From Bacteroidia bacterium (lineage in GTDB: Bacteria > Bacteroidota > Bacteroidia > NS11-12g > UBA955): DNA of 64,000 nucleotides. Under the pieces are notes generated by a model. That model searched no databases. It saw nothing but the letters and a program-made list of their open reading frames with translations, and was not told where the DNA came from. Numbering within the stretch: the first letter of the stretch is position 1; each line of letters opens with the position of its first letter. Below, piece after piece: positions 58,801 through 64,000 of this stretch. The DNA is taken from contig JALOAG010000005.1 in NCBI GenBank assembly GCA_023228875.1, forward strand, positions 79,196 to 143,195, read 5' to 3'. The position numbers and the translations under genes are program-made.

Positions 58801-59847
58801 ATGAGTAATATCAAGGACGCGAATCCAATTCTAGTTCAGTCAATACGAGGGCAAATTGTAGAAAGTTTTCATAGAGGAGTTGTTTGTGTTGTAAATAGAA
58901 ATAAAGAGGTTGTTTATAGCCTTGGAGATATTGAACAAGTATGTTATCCGCGTTCATCAATGAAGTTTTTTCAACATATCCCTTTCTTTGCACGCGGAGG
59001 TGCAGAACATTTTGGGTTAACATTGGAGGAAGTCGCTGTGATTTGTAGTTCTCACAATGGCGAAAACAAACATATCGAGACTGTTCGAAATATATTATCA
59101 AAAGGGGGATTCACAGAAGATGATTTAGAGTGTGGACCTCAAATGCCCGAATTATTTAAAGATCAGGAATCGCTAATAAAAAGTGGAGTTAAACCGGGTA
59201 AAATTCATAATAATTGCTCGGGAAAACATACAGGATTTCTTCTTTTTTGTAAGCTCTTGGGCGTTGATCACAAGCATTATATTTCACCTGAGCACCCCAT
59301 TCAAAAAATCATTGCTGAAACTTGCTCGAGGTTTTATGAAACTCCTTTGTTAACTACTGCTATAGGGATTGATGGATGTTCAGCACCAATCATTGCATAT
59401 TCTGTCTATAAGCAGGCAGTTGCATATAAAAACTTGATTCATCCTGATGGTTTTTCAATCGAAGAACAAAAAGCTTGTGAGTTATTAGTCAAAGCAGTAA
59501 CATCCTATCCTTATATGATTGCAGGTTCAAAACGCTATTGCACAGAATTGATGGAAGTTGCAGGCGATAAGGTTGTAGGCAAAACAGGAGCAGATGGAGT
59601 GTATTGTATGTCAATCTTTAGAGAGGGACTCGGTTGCTGTATCAAAGTGGATGATGGAAAAATGGGAATTCAATATGTTATTGCGCAAGCATTGCTATCA
59701 GATTCCGGGCTGATTTCACAAGAGCAAGCAGATAAGTTGAAAAGATTTGTTCAATATGAAACTAAAAACTTTGGAGGGTTTGTCGTTGGCGAGGTTAGAG
59801 CAAACCCTGAAGTGAGTTTTTCAATTAAAAAACCACAAAGCGTGTAA
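58801..59847 (+). CDS. Asparaginase II family protein (Rhizobium etli ReAV-type)
   Basis: 'YPRSSMKFFQ' matches the Ser-Lys catalytic motif region of the PF06089 family. There are several conserved Cys (CSGKHTGFL), and the length is ~350 aa. Confidence 0.6.
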   Translation: MSNIKDANPILVQSIRGQIVESFHRGVVCVVNRNKEVVYSLGDIEQVCYPRSSMKFFQHIPFFARGGAEHFGLTLEEVAVICSSHNGENKHIETVRNILSKGGFTEDDLECGPQMPELFKDQESLIKSGVKPGKIHNNCSGKHTGFLLFCKLLGVDHKHYISPEHPIQKIIAETCSRFYETPLLTTAIGIDGCSAPIIAYSVYKQAVAYKNLIHPDGFSIEEQKACELLVKAVTSYPYMIAGSKRYCTELMEVAGDKVVGKTGADGVYCMSIFREGLGCCIKVDDGKMGIQYVIAQALLSDSGLISQEQADKLKRFVQYETKNFGGFVVGEVRANPEVSFSIKKPQSV

Positions 59848-59850
59848 GAG

Positions 59851-60720
59851 ATGTTTGTAAGCGGTTTTACAATCATAAGAAATGCAGTTAACGGAGGTTA
59901 TCCTGTTTGTGAGGCTGTGTTGTCCATTCTGCCTTTGGTAGATGAAATGATTGTAGCCGTTGGTAAATCAGAAGATGATACGTTGGGATTGATTCGGTCA
60001 ATCCAATCTGATAAGATTAAAATTGTAGAAACAGTGTGGGATGATTCATTGAGAGAGGGAGGACGAGTGTTGGCGGTTGAAACAAATAAAGCATTGAAAC
60101 ACATTTCTCCTTTTGCAGATTGGTGTTTTTATATTCAAGCAGATGAATGTGTGCACGAAGATGATTATGAAAATATCAGAAAAGGAATGAAACAATGGCT
60201 GAATAACCAATCTGTGCAAGGGTTGGTTTTTGATTATCTCCATTTTTATGGCTCTTATGATTTCATTGCAGATTCTCGAAAGTGGTATAGAAGAGAAGTT
60301 CGGATTATTAGAAACAACCCTCAAATAAAATCCTATATGGATGCGCAAGGTTTTAGAATTAATGGACAAAAGTTACCTTCAAAACGTATTCAAGCGCAGA
60401 TATTCCACTATGGTTGGGTGAAACATCCTAAAGAGCAAATGGCTAAACAAATTCAAGCGCGGAGGCTCTGGCATGATGATAAGTTTATTACAGAAAAAGT
60501 AGCTGTTGCTGCTGAGTTTGATTATGGAAACATTGACTCTATTAAACGTTATACCGGAACACACCCACACGTTTACAAAGAAAGAATTATAAAGCAAAAT
60601 TGGGTTTTTGATAGAGATCCTGCTGTGAAAGCACTTTCCTTTAAAAACAAATTGTTAATGAAGGTTGAGGCACTTACTGGATGGAGAGTGGGTGAATTTA
60701 GAAATTACACACTGGTTTAA
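59851..60720 (+). CDS. Glycosyltransferase-like (GT-A fold) protein
   Basis: The N-terminal 'FTIIRNAVNGGYPVCEAVLSILPLVDEMIVAVGKSEDDT' resembles family-2 GT-like proteins. The assignment is weak. Confidence 0.4.
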   Translation: MFVSGFTIIRNAVNGGYPVCEAVLSILPLVDEMIVAVGKSEDDTLGLIRSIQSDKIKIVETVWDDSLREGGRVLAVETNKALKHISPFADWCFYIQADECVHEDDYENIRKGMKQWLNNQSVQGLVFDYLHFYGSYDFIADSRKWYRREVRIIRNNPQIKSYMDAQGFRINGQKLPSKRIQAQIFHYGWVKHPKEQMAKQIQARRLWHDDKFITEKVAVAAEFDYGNIDSIKRYTGTHPHVYKERIIKQNWVFDRDPAVKALSFKNKLLMKVEALTGWRVGEFRNYTLV

Positions 60721-60805
60721 AGTGTAATATTTGCAGACGTTTTGTCTATTTTTTCTTGTTAATAGTTCAAACTTAGCAGTGTTTAAAGTCATTCTGTCTG
60801 CAAAA

Positions 60806-60813
60806 TAGGTTTG
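60806..60813 (+). promoter_or_regulatory. Putative Bacteroidota-type -7 promoter element (TAnnTTTG) upstream of clpB
   Basis: TAGGTTTG lies 39 nt upstream of the clpB ATG. The -33 TTTG element is only weakly matched (GTTTA). Confidence 0.3.
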
Positions 60814-60851
60814 GTTTTTCTTTTGTTGGAACAGTCAAAAAATAACCAAAT

Positions 60852-63443
60852 ATGAACTTTGAAAAATTCACAATAAAAGCGCAACAAAGTGTTCAAGCTG
60901 CTCAACAAATGGCGTTTAACAAACGTAATACAGTCATTGAGCCTGTGCATCTTCTCACAGGACTTTTTCAAGAAGCAAAAGAAATCTTAGATTTTGTCTT
61001 TCAGAAATCAGGTGCAAACTCCAGCCGAATCGAGCAAACAGCAGATTCAATTCTAAATTCATTAGCAACCGGTAATGCAGATAGCAACTTGTATTTGTCT
61101 CCTGATGCGAATAAGGTTTTGATGGAAGCAGGCAGGATTTCAAATAAAATGGGAGATGAATATACTTCAACCGAGCACATATTGCTTGCATTGATTGAGG
61201 TTAAAAGCAATATTTCTGATATGTTAAAAGATGCAGGATTGACTAAAGCTATTGCAGAAAAGGCAATTGCGGAGTTACGTAAAGGATCAAAAGTAACATC
61301 TCAATCAGCAGAAGAACAATACAATGCACTGGGGAATTATGCCATTAACCTGAATTCGCAAGCCGCTAAAGGGAAGTTAGATCCTGTTATTGGAAGAGAT
61401 GATGAAATCAGACGTGTATTACAGATTTTATCAAGAAGAACAAAAAACAACCCTATACTTATAGGAGAACCGGGTGTCGGCAAGACGGCTATTGCTGAAG
61501 GACTTGCACATAGAATTATCAAAGGCGATGTGCCCGAAAATCTAAAATCCAAAGTGATTTATTCGCTTGATATGGGTGCGCTTATAGCAGGTGCAAAGTA
61601 TAAAGGTGAATTTGAAGAAAGATTAAAATCTGTTGTTAATGAGGTAATATCAGCAGCCGGAGAAATCGTCTTGTTCATTGATGAAATTCACACATTGGTT
61701 GGTGCAGGAAAAAGTGAGGGAGCAATGGATGCTGCTAATATCTTGAAACCCGCTTTGGCAAGAGGAGAGTTGAGAGCGATTGGGGCAACCACACTCAATG
61801 AATATCAAAAGTTTATCGAACAAGACAAAGCATTAGAAAGACGTTTTCAGAAAGTTTATGTCGATGAACCTACACCGGAAGACGCTGTCTCTATTCTTAG
61901 AGGTTTAAAGGAGCGTTATGAAGTTCACCACAAGGTGCGTATCAAAGATGAAGCAATTGTGAGCGCAGTTGAACTCTCACATCGCTATATTTCAGACCGT
62001 TATCTGCCGGATAAAGCAATTGATTTGCTTGATGAAGCAGCATCTAAAATCAGAATGGAAATAGACTCTGTCCCGGTTGAATTGGATGAACTGAATAGAA
62101 AGAAAATGCAGTTGGAAATAGAACGTGAAGCTCTTAAACGCGAAAATGATGTACAAAAACTTGAAGAGTTGAACAAGGAGTTAGCTGACATCACCGAAAA
62201 ACAAAATGCGTTAACAGCAGAGTGGCAAAAAGAGAAGTTGGTTGTAGATTCTATTCAGTCATTAAAAAAGAAAATAGAAGACTTAAAATTAGAGGCAGAA
62301 CAAGCTGAACGTAACGGAGATTATGGCAAGGTTGCGGAGATTCGTTATGGCCGCATGTTAGAAACTCAAAAAGAACTTGAGAAGCAACAAAGTACACTTG
62401 CAGAGATTCAACAAAATTCTTCAATGGTAAAAGAAGAGGTTACTTCTGAGGAAATCGCTGAGGTTGTTTCAAAATGGACAGGAATTCCTGTACAAAAAAT
62501 GATGCAAAGCGAGCGAGAAAAACTGTTGCACTTGGAAGTCGAATTGCACAAGCGAGTGGTTGGACAAGACGAAGCTATTGAGTCAGTTGCAGATGCTGTA
62601 CGTAGGAGTAGAGCCGGACTCCAAGATCCAAAAAGACCGATAGGCTCATTTATTTTTCTGGGAACCACAGGGGTGGGTAAAACTGAACTTGCAAAAGCAC
62701 TTGCTGAATACTTGTTTGATACAGAGGATGCTATGGTGCGGATTGATATGAGCGAATACCAAGAGAAGCATACTGTAAGCAGATTGATTGGTGCTCCTCC
62801 CGGTTATGTCGGTTATGATGAGGGCGGGCAGTTGACAGAAGCAGTACGTAGAAAACCTTATTCTGTGATTTTACTTGATGAGATTGAAAAAGCGCATCCT
62901 GATGTGTTTAATATTTTGCTGCAAGTGTTGGATGACGGTCGTTTGACAGATAATAAAGGAAGAAGAGCAGATTTTAGAAATACCATTATTATCATGACTT
63001 CTAATATTGGTTCTCACATTATTCAAGAAAATTTTGAGGATTTGAATAGCGGTAATCATGATGAAGTGATCGCAAAAACAAAAGCGGAAGTTTTTGAGTT
63101 ATTGAAAAAAACAATAAGACCGGAGTTCTATAACAGGATTGATGAAATAGTAATGTTTGAACCATTAAGCAGAAATCAAATAGAAGCCATTGTGAAAATT
63201 CAGTTGGATGTGCTGCAAAAACGTCTTGCAGACAACGGAATTGTGTTTGAAGCAACCGAAGAAGCTGTAGATTGGTTGAGCCAATTAGGTTACGACCCGC
63301 AATATGGCGCACGACCGCTCAAAAGAGTAATTCAGAAAAAGGTATTAAATGAATTGTCTAAGAAAATCTTGGGTGGTGATGTTGTCAAAGAGAAAAAAGT
63401 CATTTTAGATTCTTTTGATAATCAATTAATCTATAGAAATTAA
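60852..63443 (+). CDS. clpB: ATP-dependent chaperone/disaggregase ClpB
   Basis: Clp N-domain, two AAA modules (GEPGVGKT ; [15 protein letters not shown]), a long M-domain coiled coil and 'GARPLKR' at the C-terminus. Confidence 0.95.
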   Translation: MNFEKFTIKAQQSVQAAQQMAFNKRNTVIEPVHLLTGLFQEAKEILDFVFQKSGANSSRIEQTADSILNSLATGNADSNLYLSPDANKVLMEAGRISNKMGDEYTSTEHILLALIEVKSNISDMLKDAGLTKAIAEKAIAELRKGSKVTSQSAEEQYNALGNYAINLNSQAAKGKLDPVIGRDDEIRRVLQILSRRTKNNPILIGEPGVGKTAIAEGLAHRIIKGDVPENLKSKVIYSLDMGALIAGAKYKGEFEERLKSVVNEVISAAGEIVLFIDEIHTLVGAGKSEGAMDAANILKPALARGELRAIGATTLNEYQKFIEQDKALERRFQKVYVDEPTPEDAVSILRGLKERYEVHHKVRIKDEAIVSAVELSHRYISDRYLPDKAIDLLDEAASKIRMEIDSVPVELDELNRKKMQLEIEREALKRENDVQKLEELNKELADITEKQNALTAEWQKEKLVVDSIQSLKKKIEDLKLEAEQAERNGDYGKVAEIRYGRMLETQKELEKQQSTLAEIQQNSSMVKEEVTSEEIAEVVSKWTGIPVQKMMQSEREKLLHLEVELHKRVVGQDEAIESVADAVRRSRAGLQDPKRPIGSFIFLGTTGVGKTELAKALAEYLFDTEDAMVRIDMSEYQEKHTVSRLIGAPPGYVGYDEGGQLTEAVRRKPYSVILLDEIEKAHPDVFNILLQVLDDGRLTDNKGRRADFRNTIIIMTSNIGSHIIQENFEDLNSGNHDEVIAKTKAEVFELLKKTIRPEFYNRIDEIVMFEPLSRNQIEAIVKIQLDVLQKRLADNGIVFEATEEAVDWLSQLGYDPQYGARPLKRVIQKKVLNELSKKILGGDVVKEKKVILDSFDNQLIYRN

Positions 63444-63458
63444 TTGATTATGGAGTAT

Positions 63459-63488
63459 ATTTGGCACTGTCGTTTGATAGTGCCAAAT
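63459..63488 (+). terminator. Hairpin, candidate clpB terminator
   Basis: 10-bp perfect stem ATTTGGCACT/AGTGCCAAAT with a 10-nt loop, 16 nt after the clpB stop. The U-tract is weak (GTGTTTA). Confidence 0.4.
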
Positions 63489-63570
63489 GTGTTTAGGGGG
63501 ATAAGATTTATCTTTTGTTTAATTTCTTGGCACAAAACTTGAAAATCAAATGAGTATGATGGAGGTTAAC

Positions 63571-64000
63571 ATGAACAAGAAAAACAAAAATTCTATGCTC
63601 GTAGCAGGTTTATTACTTGCAGGTTCCTTTATGTGGTTTGGCAATGTAGCAATGATTACTTCAATCTTTCAAGAACCTAAATCAGAGGGTGTAACTGAGG
63701 ATAATAGTAATTATGTTTACCGTAAACTTCCGAATACCGCTTTTCAAGAAGGTGAGAAGTTAAATTTCAGAGTTCACTATGGAATTATTAATGCTGCAAA
63801 TATTCAAATGGAAGTTGTTGCAGATAATCAACTTTTTTCAAGACCGGAGGAATTAAAAGGGCGCAAAGCCTTTCATGTGGTAGTGCAGGGTAGTACAATT
63901 AAAGCATTTGACTGGGCTTTTAAAGTAAGAGATAGATTTGATTCTTGGATAGATGAGGATGCGCTTGCACCTTTGAAATACAGCAAGTCTGTACTTGAAA
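63571..64000 (+). CDS. Secreted protein, 3'-truncated by the window edge (possibly DUF3108-like)
   Basis: ATG at 63571. Signal peptide MNKKNKNSMLVAGLLLAGSFMWFG. The pattern 'FQEGEKLNFRVHYGIINAANIQMEV' resembles DUF3108 proteins. The ORF runs off the window. Confidence 0.4.
   Translation, partial: MNKKNKNSMLVAGLLLAGSFMWFGNVAMITSIFQEPKSEGVTEDNSNYVYRKLPNTAFQEGEKLNFRVHYGIINAANIQMEVVADNQLFSRPEELKGRKAFHVVVQGSTIKAFDWAFKVRDRFDSWIDEDALAPLKYSKSVLE

Noticed and set aside
1-64000. CRISPR arrays, IS elements, integrases or prophage genes
   Set aside because: No short regularly spaced direct repeats were seen. No ORF has a DDE transposase, tyrosine or serine recombinase, terminase or capsid-like motif. 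The only mobile-element-like signal is the tRNA 3'-half direct repeat, reported separately.

Overview
This 64-kb window looks like chromosomal core from a member of the Bacteroidota, probably a Flavobacteriia- or Cytophagia-like organism. The evidence is low GC, two cargo proteins carrying a C-terminal T9SS sorting domain, HmuY-like proteins paired with a TonB-dependent receptor, a TAnnTTTG-type promoter element upstream of clpB, and the alternative start codons GTG and TTG. I call about 50 protein-coding genes, mostly housekeeping. They are pyk (partial), rseP, a ZIP transporter, copZ/copA, panB, an ABC-F ATPase, fsa/tal, an S41 protease, fbaB, accD, gcvH, murQ, a fused E1 dehydrogenase, mutS2, yidC, rmuC, clpB, rsmG and nnr. 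There is also a minus-strand tRNA cluster, tRNA-Pro(TGG) and tRNA-Ser(GCT), with an additional tRNA 3'-half-like fragment beside it. I found no CRISPR array, no transposase or integrase, and no rRNA. Seven things deserve a second look. (1) A copZ-like ORF and a P1B-ATPase that has lost its N-terminus are separated only by an A10 homopolymer; a -1 slip would fuse them. (2) An 877-aa protein carries an internally duplicated N-terminal domain and two CbbX/SpoVK-type AAA+ modules, and is translationally coupled to a membrane GT2 next to the tRNA cluster. (3) An orphan multi-domain sensor histidine kinase is translationally coupled to a 1191-aa secreted, probably outer-membrane, protein with no response regulator nearby. 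(4) A decayed YgjP/DUF45 metallohydrolase pseudogene is followed by a 375-bp noncoding stretch of atypical composition. (5) A 36-nt direct repeat of the tRNA-Pro 3' half looks like an integration or excision scar. (6) A HmuY-like/TBDR/HmuY-like locus has its first member routed through T9SS. (7) There are unannotated small features: a 51-aa membrane ORF, a structured GC-rich intergenic RNA candidate, and a palindrome. All calls rest on motif and architecture recognition by eye; no database searches were run.
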